This document shows positions 10,950 to 24,300 of a stretch of DNA of 64,000 nucleotides, piece after piece. The stretch spans positions 496,001 to 560,000 of the forward strand of contig OZ287703.1 of assembly GCA_965649825.1 (NCBI GenBank). The letters run 5' to 3'. How positions within the stretch are numbered: the stretch's first letter is position 1; each line of letters starts with the position of its first letter. Below the pieces are notes generated by a model. The model was not told where the DNA came from. It made no database searches and worked only from the letters and a program-made list of their open reading frames with translations. The translations under genes and the position numbers were made by a program. The stretch comes from Penicillus capitatus. Lineage: Eukaryota > Plantae > Chlorophyta.

Positions 10950-13750
10950 AAAAGCTATGATGGAACCCCGTGCTTCTGAAGAGACAGCCACATACTACTG
11001 TCGTCAAAGGTGGCGAGGGAATGTGGTGAAAGTCGTCAAGAGACGGACTCGGCCGAAGGGAAAGTTGGGGGCCATGTCAGAAAATTAACCGTTTCCTTCG
11101 GTCAACCAAAGCGGTGTTCACTGAGCCTTGGCGCGGCCGCCCGTGACGACTTTGACGGCCGGCGCCGCCCCCACTCCGAACGATGACAGTCAGATGCGAT
11201 GGACAAGACTGGTGGGATACTGCGACCGAAGGAATAAAATCATACTCCATAATGAATTGTGTATCAGAACTCTTTGGTTTTAAAAGATTCACTACGCAGC
11301 ACCAATGACCGATGCCAAACGCGCTCGACCGGATGACACCGGATTTCGTCCTTTTAGTCGCGTGATTTCGCAAATCTCCCGTAGACTGGATAAAGTTCCG
11401 AATGTTGGGTGCTTTGGCGCCGTGTGGATGGAGAAAATGTGATGCGCATATAACCAGAGAGGCCAGTTCCATCCAGCTTGTTCAGGAGATGCATTCGGAA
11501 ATGAAGAGACAAAAACGATACTCTTATTTAACGACGGCTTTTGATCTTTATCCGAGCATCAGAAGACATGTAATTAATGACAGCTCCTGCACCGTGTCCT
11601 TGCAGACAGACGACGGGTCGCCATGTGATTCACTCGACGTTACAAAACGCCAGCTCTATGTCGAGTTTAGGAAAGGTGTAAACTTATCAATGTTCTTGAC
11701 CAATGTAGACGATTCTATTCAGTATTCCGCCACGAAGATGGAGTCGACTCTCGGACAACGATTCTTCAATGCTCCACTCACATCATCGCCATTACAAGTG
11801 GCCGTGAGCTTCCATAGGATACATACGCCGACTGTCACACTTCTGAAAGAAAGCGTTCCCGTCCACCATGGACCAGAGGTTGCCAACAAAACGTCGTCTG
11901 GATGACTCAATGATTGATCCGGTGCTTCCAAGACGAACCCTGCGCTTCTGTTGACGGGACATTTTCGCACAGACAGATACGCGACAAAAAAACACTCAGC
12001 GACTCTACTCTTCTACATGAACTCTAGCAACCAGAGATGAATCAGCTCAGGGACATTCCGCAGAGAATTAATAGAGATACGGAATGCACCTTACCTTGTA
12101 GACGGCTGTTGGGGACTCAGCCGTGTCTGTGCTCCTGCGCATGCGGACAATCGAACCCCTGCAGAGCGAGACAATGCTGTTCGCTACTTGTTATGTGTAA
12201 CATTGTTAACGCTTCCAACTTCAGTAGCTCGTCACGCAAAAGAGCAGTAAGAATGTGCGTCCAAGCGCCCTCCAGGATCGACGTGAGAATCAGCGGCCGT
12301 TCCAGGCTGTTTTGGTCCCTCAGCACGATCTTGAATATCCATGAAGGGCGGCGTGTCCGCCAACCGACGAAATAGATCGCCCTCGCGGTGTTGGCTTCTC
12401 TTCGAAAAGAACCCTTGGTACCCGCCAAGGAGCGCGAAAGCAGTTTGTGCCGCCGTGACAAGCCAGCACACGAGGATGCTGTTTAGCCGCGAGGGGTGGC
12501 ACAGTAGAGTCAGTCCATCCATCCTCGCGTCCGAGCGCACAGCGTGTTTCTCGTGAGGCGTGAGCGGAGCCCTTTTCCGTTCCGTCGAAGTCACGCAAGG
12601 CGACGGGTGGCGCTTCCGCTTCGTGGAGAGACAGCCTCCGCCGGCGGTGGGAGGCGAATGGTCCCTAACCGTAGGGTGGATGCCGCGCGCACCGGAGTTC
12701 CGTCACGTCTTTGTCGATTTCCGAAAGCGGACACGAGAATCTTGTGGTTTGGTGATGTTTTTAGGTCAGTTAGGTTAAAGGAAACAAAGTCGGAAAAAAG
12801 CATTAGAGTCCATCAAGGGTACACTCGAACAGATTTGGCCAAAAAACATGTCAGCACGCATTTGCTGTCATGACTCAGGTAGTCGGTCACCGCGTCCATG
12901 ACAGGCGGACTAGAATAGATTTGGGTCGGAACTGGTAACGGAGCGACAGTTCTGTCAGGGGAAGAGAGATGGAGACTTGACTGTGACTGCAGAGAGAACC
13001 TTCATCCTTCATCTGTACAGGGAAGGGTGCACTCTATCACGACATGCCGACACACTGCTGGACGGATATCTACCTTTTGAGCAGGGTAGTGAGCATCTGC
13101 GACAACGGAATCGAACTCTGAGATCGACTCTCCACATGCCTTCTGTTTGGAGGATGCCGTGGCATGTCTGGTGTCCAACCGACCCACAGCATCGTGCCTT
13201 GTTCGTTCGCCGTTCGTGGCGCCGACGGAGGGTCCTGCTGGTGTCTGAGCTACACTGCCCGAAGTCTCTCTGGATTGTCGGCGGAGATGGATTCGCGTGG
13301 AAACCACAATGGGTTAGGATTCTCTGCATCTGATATTCGAGTGTCCGATCCGGCTGCTGTCGTCACACCTTCTACTGGCTCCAGAGCTAGCTCTAAGATC
13401 TCGGGATCATCGACGTCACACGCGAAATGCACATCCCTCGATCATTCAGTGCGCGATACCTTGATTCTTCCTAGACATAAACCTGCACACGACGCAGGTC
13501 ATATCACGTCACCGCACCAAAGTGAGCCGACGCAGCATTACCCGATTCTTTCACACTTCTGACCATCAGATCTCTTCTTCAGTGGCGAGGCATTTGCGAG
13601 ATGGTCACTCCCTATAGAGCTGTCCAGAAGATCCCATCCCCTGCCACTCTAGAGACAGAGTTCCTCGACCACGATCCAATCAGAGTTTCGCAGCAGTCTC
13701 CCTCTCCACGTTACGAATGGCGACCGTCGACGAGGAACGGAGAGTTGAGT
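10950..13750 (-). mobile_element. Second decayed Ty3/Gypsy pol (PR-RT-RNase H-integrase)
   Basis: Minus-strand L*LDRG (protease-like, ~13670); TEGMWRVD..KGRYP (RT, ~13150-13060); SRSL..ARAIYF..FKIVLRDQNSL (RNase H, ~12440-12300); WWTG..VC, LVKNIDKFT and SSDTQF (integrase, ~11870-11260). Multiple stops and frameshifts. Confidence 0.7.
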
Positions 13751-13899
13751 GGAGTCCAGCGACCTCGGCCATCGAGAGAGTCTTTGGTTCCCATCGTTTG
13801 TTAACAGACCGTCCATCCATCCATTAAATCAGTCGTTGGTATTTGCACATCGAACGATCCAATTCAATCTAGTGTAACATCGTCTTCATCGACTTCCCC

Positions 13900-15700
13900 G
13901 CTCCGCCGCGATGCCTGCCACGAGAGGCACCGTTCGCAGAGTGACGTCTCCGCGTGAAGGTGGATAGATGTTCCTAACAGAGTCATACGGATGTGTGACA
14001 TTGTGACCGGGGCAAGAGTGAGAACGGACATGATTCCAGATTTGGGGGTGGGGAATGGGCTTAGAAGATCCAGTATGCGCCTGTTCAGCGAACAGCTGGC
14101 TTCTAGGCAGATTCCACATGAAGTACGACGAACACATGGACCGTCAAACAACACAGAACTGCACAGAAACACATCCTCTGCAGGAACGATCCCCGGACTT
14201 GCGCACCGCACAAGATGCGTCGAAAGCTAATGTCGCCAACAGGATGAAGGAAGACGTCAGCAGTTATCACATGTTGGCTGGTGTTGCAGGCTGAACGACT
14301 CCCACTGCTGCCTTGACACGTGGGAATTGCCAGTCCGGTGGAAGATCGCGTGCTGTCAGATAGGGCTGCTCAGAGGGTCCGAGCGCCACTACGGAATCTT
14401 CCTCTATGCCGCGACCCTGATACCCTGCCGATGTGCGCCAACTGAAATACGTCTGCGTTTGAGTTAAGTTACAGAAGATGACCTTGTCTTGCGTGAGAAG
14501 ATAGTGCATGCCGGCCTTGTCTACTCGCCTTGCAGGACGGCAGCTCTGGGTCTCGATCTATGCCAAAGATTCGCCGTTTCCTCCGTCAGGCGACAGAGCG
14601 CAGACGAACCATAGGACTGCAAGGTGATTAGAAGAAACTTCGCCGCGTTCGGCGCAACGCATCGTACCGCATGCCACATCGCTATTCGAGATTCGCCTCG
14701 TTGGATCTGCATGGTAGATGCGCATGCGGCACGGAAGAACAGACTCGGCAAGACGTTCATTCACGACGACCGAGAACACGAAAACGTGTCGTCACGCTGC
14801 TCAGAGTCCGTACAATTCGGACGGTGGCATCATCGACCGGATGTGTGGGTAGCTCCGCCGGCCGCCAATGGTAGTTCGAGAACACCGCGTCCGGATTCAG
14901 ACGAGGAGACAGCCGGTCTGTCGCTTGCAAACCTCGGTCGCTGCTAAACGGAGGACCTCAGCGGACGTTTTGCGTGCGTTCTGTCCATCCTTCCGAACGG
15001 AGGCGTAGTTTGGGATGCCGATTGTTCCCTCGGGGATGCGCCCGCTGTTAGAGCAGCCGCCGTGGACACCCCGAGCAGCGTTCATTTCCTTCTCCGCGCG
15101 ACCTCAAACGTTCGTGCAGGCGACAGACATGCCCGTCCGCGGCGGCGTAGATCGTTTAAGTCTGAGGCGTGTTGTTGGCGGAGATCTTTTTGTTTGCCAC
15201 CGTGAACAGCGGCAGACGACTCTTTAGTTTGTAGGGCGTAAGCGATTCTCGGTTGCTGCGGCACCAGAGAGAAATGGAAACAAGCGACTGCATCCTTGCA
15301 TCCGGGCGGTCGGCTTAGTCCTTGTGAATGGAAGGTAGAGCCCATTTCTCTTTCACAGTGACCGCGCAAGGTGGTCGACCGTGTTTCGTTTCGCAGGGAA
15401 ACTGCCTCGCTTCGTGCTGGGAGGAGAATGGTCGCCAACCGCCGGGCAGATGCGCGCCCGCCAGAGAAAGTCACATCGTGCCTGTTCCCAAATGAGAGCG
15501 CGATGATCCTGCAGAGCTTTCCATGCAGCACCAGCTGCTGGGTCGCGGTTAACGGATGCGACGGAATTGAAAAGTGCGGCTGTCAGCAAACGAGGCAGTG
15601 ACGAATCCGGATACGTCGCTTCGAGTTTGCTGTCCGGATCAAGAACGCTAACTGTAGCTGCGTGGTATAAATTCGAGCAGGATTATCGATCGCTGCCATT
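13900..15700 (-). mobile_element. Third decayed Ty3/Gypsy pol fragment (RT thumb-RNase H-integrase)
   Basis: DVTFSGGRASARRL (RT thumb), PRIAYALQTK and RTFEV (RNase H), RIYHADPT and HYLLTQDK (integrase-like). 15335-15475 is clearly similar at nucleotide level to 12565-12705. Confidence 0.58.
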
Positions 15701-15759
15701 TCTTTTTACGCGTTTGTGTCTTCTGTCTCTTCGAGGTTCTTCGAACTCAGTCTCGAGCA

Positions 15760-18050
15760 CCATGTCTGCCAACGCAGCTCTGTTCGTCTTCGCTGCTATT
15801 CTCTGCCTCCACGCAGCAAGATCCCGTCTACCCCAGCAACCCTCGATGACAAGTGTTTGGTGTTCTGGCAGGCGACTGCCTACCGCCCCGCCATGGAGTT
15901 GGTCGCTGACGAAGATGGCCACGTCGTCGGCAAGCCGTTCTTGAAAACTGGCATCGCCAATCAACGTATGGCGACCAGCGTAGCGAGAACTCTTGTTTAC
16001 TTGCATGTGCGTGTGAAGTGTTTGATAGGAAGTACGATGGATCACCTGACCGGACGGTTACCATACCGGAACCTGGAGACTGCTTCAACGTAATGTGTAT
16101 TGGGTGTAAGTTGCCAGATCGATTCGGTCAAGTGTCGAATGAGGCTAGCTCTGTGTAGATCACCTTCGAAGATGGGACTTTTATTATCCTACTGGTGAAT
16201 GCAATGGATACTCTGAGCTGTATCCCATCATACCCGCGTCTGACTGGATGATAGGCGGATGCTTCCTTTCCGCTAAAGAGGTCGCCTAAAAAACGAAGCC
16301 GATCGCATTCTTTCCGATCTAAGTTCTGGAGATTTTGCATGACTCTCTGGAACAATCCGGTTACCTTTGAATGTTCGATTTACTGAACATCGCAGCCGTT
16401 TTTTGAACTCGTCTCGTGACGCATGCCCTTTCCAACGATCATGCGTACGAATTCGGACTGCTAAGATAAGAGTGAATGCGCACGGCTCGAGAAGATGAGT
16501 AGACGGTGGCGCTGGATACCGCTGAGGCTTGGCAAATACATGTTACACAAGAGGTGAGAAGATCTTTAACATAAGACAATCGAGATGCTGAAGAAGCTCG
16601 TAACAACAGCATCCGATTTTCTGTCATCGTCCGTGGCCTTACGATGGCGTTCACGACGGCCGCACACATCGAAGACAGATTTGGCTCCTGAACTACTATT
16701 GCATACGAGCGACCGACTTTGCCATCTGGTCTTTCTGGTAATACTCCACTCTGGCCTTTATGTACATCAAGAAACTCTCCAACTGCCGTGTTTCCTTCCG
16801 GGGCAGATGTCTCAACGCTCCGCTCCGCTCGTTATGACAAAGCAAACGCAGCTGTTTGTGGATTCGGATAGAACAAGAGTGCATGGATGCCTCGTTTGTC
16901 AAATCATGTTGCTGCTTTAACAAGCCAAATGCAGCGTGTGCTCAGTCCATTGACGTCGACCTACATTACAGAGATATCTCAGCTGAACTCTTGGGAAATC
17001 GTCAGATGCTTTGGAGGACAATGGGAAAATGATGCGGTACTCGGCCTCAACGAATGCCTTGATTTCAGGGCACTCATCTGAATTTCGTTTTCCAAGGCGA
17101 TCGAAGGGAACGCCAGAACAACTGATTTCCGCGTATCGATAAGATGTCTATCGCGTCTTTCCATTTGCTCTAGGAATGGCAGTGATCCGTCTGAGAAAAC
17201 ATCCCAGATTCATCGATCTCACACATGTGTACAGTAGATGTGGAAACTAGAATGGCAACGACCTGTTCTGAGGTAAGAACGTAGCTGTGTCGGTTCGAAA
17301 CGGCCCTTCAAATCGGATAGCTTCAGACGAAGGTGAGTACGCAAACGATAGAGAGGCTTCCAAGAAAAATGTGTAACCTCAATGAGATGAGATAGGCAGC
17401 AGATAAGACAGAATCTTCGAAACTGAGCGATGCAAACAGAACGCAATGTAACGGAAGCATCAACAGATCTCGCAGTTCTCTGCAACATTATGAAGTAAGC
17501 GTTGTACTAAGACGATAAAGACCTTTGTCTGTGCCCAATCTTCGAGTGCTTGATTCATCTGCGTGTGCGCCGTCTTTTAGGGGCTTCACCGGTTGACAAA
17601 CGCAGTTCAGAGGTTGTTTATGCATGAAACATGCTGTATTAAGTCGAAGCAGAGTCCAGCAGAGTCTGCTGTCATAAAGCAACAACGAGTAGCAAGTGTC
17701 CTCGGGTATAAGTCGTGACATGAAGGTCGAATTACATCCAGTCAGGCACAGATTGCTGTCGTCAGACACTCCGACGTCATCTCAACGCTAGAGAGAATCG
17801 CCCATCGGCGAACAGGATCCAATCCTTGGCTTTGCCCTTCACAGTCTCCAAACGTGGTATTGAAGATGTTAAGAACTCCTTGTATCATCAAGAATGCACC
17901 AGTCTCTTGGTTTGCAATCCGATCCTTCTTAGTCTTGTCATCGTCCATCAGCACGAAGCTCCTTCCACTAGCAAGACTCCGTCGCGTTTTCTTCGTTCCT
18001 GCAAAACGTAACTGAAGGCAACTGTCGACATTGTCGAGGTAAGGTGTCAC
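15760..18050 (-). mobile_element. Fourth decayed Ty3/Gypsy element (possible gag-PR-RT-RNase H start)
   Basis: HLIDTRKS (protease DTG-like, ~17140); KTA and LFQRVMQNLQNLDRKEC..FLGDLFS (RT, ~16400-16270); TLIGDAS (RNase H TDAS-like, ~15960); possible zinc knuckle FCLICCLSH (~17400). Confidence 0.6.
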
Positions 18051-18382
18051 TTCATTTCGAGTCCTGGTAGATGACGCGATTCCTCGTGCTCAGCACGGAC
18101 TGATATTTTAATCAGCGTGAGGTTACCGTGCGCATTTTCTCCCGATATCGATCGTGCAACGACGCTCTTTGCTTAAAACCAACACACAAAAGGTGAGGAA
18201 CAAAGTATTCGCTATTAGATATTGGCGGCACGTCTTTTTTTTCTGTGGATTCCGCGTTCGCCTGTGCGAGCCATCTTAAAATGTCGCGGCGACCATGTCT
18301 CATGCGTCGAGCATTTCACGCTCTCCCGCGACTCGTCGCTCCTTCTTTCCCATCTTAACGCGACGCGTGGTGTTAGGTTAAG

Positions 18383-21300
18383 ATGGAAGCAACCTCAAAA
18401 TGGTTCGAACTATCAGTGCTCCAAGAAGCGCTGAGGGGTTTTCTCGACGGGACAGATGACAACGCCTTCGAGTACATTCGCTCGGCAATTGACGCCATTT
18501 TAAATCGCGGGGCCGTCGAAACAAAGGAAACTAGTCTAACGGACGCTGGAGCGGCTGCATTTTTCAAGTGCATCGTTCTAACATATGTTGTTAAGATCTT
18601 CAAAACGAAAACAATCGCTTGTGGTCCATTGGCCCGCATCTTAGACTGGTTTGTGACGAACGTATCTTCCGAACAGAGACGCCTCCTCTATGAAGTCCTC
18701 TTCTACCAAAAACAATACGATGCTTCAACACTTGGGGTGGCGATTGTCGTGAAGACGAAGGGGGCGAAAATGAAGCTGCAAGGATATATTAAGCAGTCCA
18801 GCCCTGAAGTCCTTCTCAAACTGCTTTCTATCAGAAACTTAACAAACCAAGAAACCGAGGCTGTTCTTAATCTTCTGCTTTGTGCCATCAAAAGAGATTC
18901 AGATAACGATGAGAGCATGGTGTCTTCAAGTCTACAGGCCGGCTGGAGCATTGAGAACGAAATAGTCGCTTCCAAAGAGCTCTTGTCCCTGTTCCTCAAT
19001 CGTTCACTAATCTCAGACACGCCTCATGGAAACACCAGTGCAGAAATTACCGAGGAGATCCAAGCGGATGGACAGATCGATGTGTCCCAACACGATAGTG
19101 AATCGAAGGAAGATCAGGAGGCAGATCATGGACGTGAGTCAATTCCTGACACAATCCTTGTGACTGCTATGAACACCTGTTCATCTGAGGAGGCCTTTTC
19201 TGCATTTCTTTCCAACCTTAACACGCTTTACAATGGATCTCTCGTTCTCAAAAAACAACAACTCCATAGAATCCTAGAAAAAATGTTGTCTTTAGAGGAG
19301 GTGGACGCCTCTGCCTTTCTGCTTGGGGGAGTGAAATCTGAACTAGTTGACAATGTGGCCCTTTTTTCTGACATTGCCGAGTATCTGTTTGCAGCACCTG
19401 TTCTGTATCTCACTAGTCCAGTATTGTCCTTCGACAATATCTGTGGATTGATTTCTCTTTGTGCCGAACGCATTGTTTCAGAAACACCATTGAGTTTTCC
19501 TGATGTTTTTAGTGTTTTTGTTGAACATTCTGAAGTCAAAGATGGGAATAATCAGTGGATCTGTGAACGTGTACACCTTTTGTCGCTGTTCCTTTCAGAT
19601 GAAACGGAGTCTGTCGCTGCGTCGAGCATCAGTGAAGCTTTTGTTGAATCGTTGTTTGCCGCGTTTCTAACCCTAGAAGATCAAATGCACTGGGAAGATG
19701 AGGAAAATCTCCATTTCGATGTGTTTGCTGATCTTACAACAATAGTTGAATACTGCCACAAGAACGCATCTTTTCCTGTCTTTTCCAGCATTTTAAAGGT
19801 TTCTCAGCTGAATATTGATGTGTTTGGCAAAATCTCGAACAAGTTCTGCTCACCTGGAATGCTGCACAGATGGGGCAATCAGCCCGATAAAGAGGATGTG
19901 ATCGCTCTTCTGGAGCTTTGCAAAGTACCTCATACTGAAAGTGTTAAGTGGCTCCTAATGGCATTGGAATCTCTCCTCAAGTCCGAAGCCGGGTGCAATG
20001 AAATACGCAATTCTCAAACAAGCGATGATGATTGGATCAAAGTGTGCGGAACGATGCTCGACAAATCTTCTAAGGAGTCAGTTGCCACTAAGGCAGTACC
20101 AGCTGTAGTCCGCCTCACAAGTACCCTCGACAAAGACAAGTGTCGCCATCCGATCAATGCCCTGATGTCAGAGATCGAGCAACTACTGTGTACTGAACTC
20201 CCAGCAGAAGATTTTGCTCAATTTGTAGCCGTGTTGGCTAAGGAGTCCATGAATCTCCTAGAAGAAGTCGTTGCAGCAGCATGCAGTGCAGCAGCTGGGA
20301 TAGAGCGCATTGAAGAGATCCAATTCTTCTCCCACCTGTTGACCAATCTCACCGATGCTCCCAGCGAAGGAACAGAACCACTTAAAACTGTTCTCCTCTC
20401 TGCACTCGGCGAGCTCTTTGGCCTGATGCATGAATGCGATGGAAAAGGGAAAGTAGATTCGTTGATGGAGCTGATCTGTTTCATCCTCGAGGACAGAAAC
20501 TCTCTAGTCCACAAAGAGGAAGCTCGTCCATCCGACAAGGACGATGGCGCCATACCATCGTTCTCTTCTGCGAGATTCCCAGCTGGCCAAGGTATCCAGT
20601 CAGAGACTGCATCCCTGACGGACCTGAGGAGGATAATCGAGACCTTCGAGCGACCCAACCTGTCTCTGGAGAGCAGCGACCTGCGCAACGCCGTGCTGCA
20701 GACGTATACGCCTCCGTGCGAGGAAAAGGAAGAAGAAGATGGCACAGCCAAATCCAAAGAGAGCCGTTCCATGATCCTGACCGCCACGACCGAAGAGAAC
20801 ATCGCAATGGTCCAAGAGGTTGTCGCCGATGGCAACCCTGTTCTGCTGATCGGATCCACCGGTGTGGGGAAGACAGCGACACTCACGGAGGTGTGTCGCC
20901 GCAGAGGAGTGAAGTTCGTTCGGATCAACATGTCGTTCAATCTCACTCCCGAAGACTTTCTGGCGAAGATGACGGTGAGCAGCAGCGGCGAGATCGTCCA
21001 GGAGCTCCAGCCGTTTGCCAAGAGCTTCAAAAACGGCGTCTGGGTTCTGCTCGACGAGATGAACCTGGCCGAGGAGGGCGCTCTGAAGGTCGTCATCGAT
21101 GCGATGGAGTCCGGAGAGATAACCGTCTGCGACCAGAGCTCCGCCCTGTCCTCCACCGCCGTCATCAAGAAGCACCAAGACTTCCGTCTGTTTGCCGCCC
21201 AGAACCCCTGGCAGGCGGGCAAGAGGGAGCGCCTCAGCGACGCCTTCATGTCCCAGTTCTCCATCATGCACTTCAAGGAGCTCCCCAGAGACGAGTGGAG

Positions 21301-24300
21301 GGAGATCGTCGAGAAGAAGATCGCCGAGGGAAGAGACAACAACCCGAAGCTGATTCGAAAACTGGCTAAGCAGATGACGGACTTCCACTGCGACGTCAGA
21401 GAGAGGATCGCAGAGGGCTGCTCCGAGAAGGGAAGCTACGCGACGATCACCAACCGCGAGCTGCTGATGTGGACGGACATGGTTCTGGCCGAGGAGGAAC
21501 TCGTCCAGGCAGAAGAGAAGCTGGGCGACCACGCGTGGCTGATCTACGGATGCCGTTTTCGAGGCGACGGACGGCAGCTGGTCAGGAAGGTCATCGGCGA
21601 TCGCAAACTGACCTTCAGCTCTGCGGCGGCTAGGCTCGAAGACGCGATCGAGAGGTTCGCCAGGATCCAGGGACCATGTCTCAAGAAGGACGTCACACTC
21701 GTGGACCAGTTCTGGACAGCCCACTTCTCCAGCGAGCCGTTTCCGGACGGGGATGCCAGGAAGGCGTTCGATGCATGCGCCGGCGTCCACAGATCAGTGC
21801 TGAGGAAGATCCAGAGCGCCGAATTCATGAAGACGTTCGGCGTCTACACCACGTTCTCGGAGTCCTGGCTGGCCAAGTGGATCGCAGGCGCCTTGGAGAA
21901 TCGCCTGTTGGGGACCGACGCTTCAACAGGACTGGGACGGCTGGGAGCAGAGATATACTGCTCAAGGATCAGACACGGCCAGGCAAGGAGCGATGTCTTC
22001 GATGTCTTCGCGAAGCACTTCGACCTCGACCTCGGGGGTGTGCCACCGATGATATCTTCCGTTCCCGAGATGCCCGTCGTCCTCAGCGATCAGATGTGCC
22101 AGCACCTCGTCTCCGTGGCGGAGGCCGTTCGCAGCGAGCAGCCCGTCCTGATAGAGGGAACAGCCGGTTCAGGCAAGACCTGTCTTGGAAAGGTCATCGC
22201 CTTTCTCCTGGGAAACCACTACGAGCAGGTCACCCTCACTCAGGAGAGCGAGCCGTCCGCGATGCTCGGAGAGTGCCTGCCGAGCAGCAGTCCCGTCGGC
22301 GAGGGCATCGTGCAGTGGAGGGACGGTCCGCTGACCAGGGCCTTCGTCCAGGGCAGCGTCTGCATCGTGGACAACGTCGGCCAGGCCGAGCCGGTCCTGC
22401 AGGAGAGGATCAATCCGGTGCTGGAGTCCCCAAAGGTGCTGTGCCTGACAGAGAGGGGAGACACGGAGGCGCTGAGGTGTCGCGTGCTTGCGGACGGAAC
22501 GTGGTCGAGCACTCCTGGACCGGCCAGAGGCTTCCAGTTCATCGCCACCTTCACGCCCAAGGGCGTCGCCGCCAGGGGAATGGACAGCCTGTCCAAGGAG
22601 CTCACGGCCGCCCTGTTCAACCGCTTCGTCACCATCCACATCGACGATCCCGCAGGCGGACCGGACGACGAGTTCCGCGGGGCGCTGGAGGCGATGGTCC
22701 GCTGCTGTCTGCCGAGGGATCGCTGCGAGGCATCGCTCAACGCGATCTCGGACTACTGTCTGAGGATCAGACGCTTCGTGTCGAAGAGCACCCAGATGTT
22801 CGTGTCCTTCAGGGATTTTGCCACCCTGATCGACGTCGCGACCGTGCTGATGATCCGGAGGCCGGAGGTGGAAGACCAGGTCGCCCTGCACTGCGCGATG
22901 ACGGTCGCGTTCGCCGCCCAGATGAGGGACGGCGACCTGAGGCGCTCTCTGTGTGCCGAGATGGGATGTCCGAGCGGTGCGCTCGGCCAGCTGAGACTGC
23001 TCGATCGCTTCGACGTGAGCTCCGATCTGGTGCTCACCGAGTCGAGGAAGGCGCACGCGCAGGCGGTGCTCCTGGGTGCCTTTGTCAACAAGCCAGTGCT
23101 GCTCGAAGGAAAGCCGGCCGTCGGGAAGACGTCTCTGGTGCAGGGCCTGAAGGGATTCGGAGGCGCCGACAAGTCGGTGAGGGTGCTGAGCAACAGCGAC
23201 ACGACCATCATCCAGGACTACTTCGGAACCTGGATCCCGTCGGACAGCGGATTCTCCTTCCAGAAGGGGATCCTCGTCCAGGCGATGGAGGGCGGCGACT
23301 GGTTCATCTCCGACGAGTTCAATCTGGCCCCCGTCGCCGTGATCGCGGCGCTGATGCCGTTCCTGGAGGGGAACTGCACCGTCCAGATTCCCGGAAGCGA
23401 CATGAGGGTGAGCGTCCATCCTGACTTCAGGTTCTTCGCCACACAGAATCCGTCTCGCGGCGGGAACGACGGCAGGAAGCAGCTGCCGATCACCGTGCGG
23501 AACCGCTTCCTGGCAGTCGACGTGGAGGACTTCCCCCGTGACGAGCTGCAAGAGATCGTCAGAGACAAGTTCAGAGGCGGACGATACGAGGGGATCGCGG
23601 AGGAGATGGATTCCCAGGCTCTGGCGGAGCTCTACTTCGCATCTGCCGACGGACTCCGTCTGACCATGAGAGACATCGTCAAGATCGTGCGCAGATACAA
23701 GATGCTGAAGGACGATGGGCGGCAGAGCGTGACTTGGGCAGGGGCGACGATGTCGTTGCTGGGTCCTCGGGCGACCACGAAGGAGGAGACGGCCAGGCTG
23801 ATGCATCTGATCGAGTCCAGCTTCGGATCCGACGGCGTCTCCGAGGCGGAGGCGTGTGTAAGGAAGTACATCAAGCAGGAACGCAATGGCGTGAGCTTTT
23901 CCCAAGGACACCTCCATGTCTTCTTCCCTGGATTCAAACTCAACAACAGTCCTCTGTGGAGAGGCAGCCGTTCACGACGTCGGCCTCCTGCCGTCTTCCA
24001 AGACAAGTTGGTCGATCTGGCCTTTGCCATGAAGGCCAAAGAGCCAGTGCTCCTCTTCGGAGAATCTGCGTTCAAGACCGAACTCATGAAGACGTGGCTG
24101 GAGCTGTCGGGAATGACGGAGAGCGTGCAGCGAGTCCACTTAACGTCACAGTCTGAAGCGACGGACCTCATTGGCCAAGTGCAATTGGTATCCTTCGTGG
24201 AAGTTCTCGAAAACCTGGCTTCGACTGGAGACTTCATCCTCTCTTACCTGGTTCGCCAATTGACAACAAAGTCAAAATCGCCTACAGAGGCACTGAAGAA

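Noticed and set aside
10400-11470. Protein-kinase-like snippets (QHRNV..LIMEW, FIMEY, GCFGAVW)
   Set aside because: There is no colinear HRD/DFG/APE set. The same stretches fit Gypsy protease and integrase remnants.
15762-16289. Apparent secreted protein with signal peptide MSANAALFVFAAILCLHAA and two intron-like segments
   Set aside because: It needs several frameshifts to assemble, and the opposite strand carries colinear RT-thumb and RNase H motifs, so it is most likely an antisense artefact.
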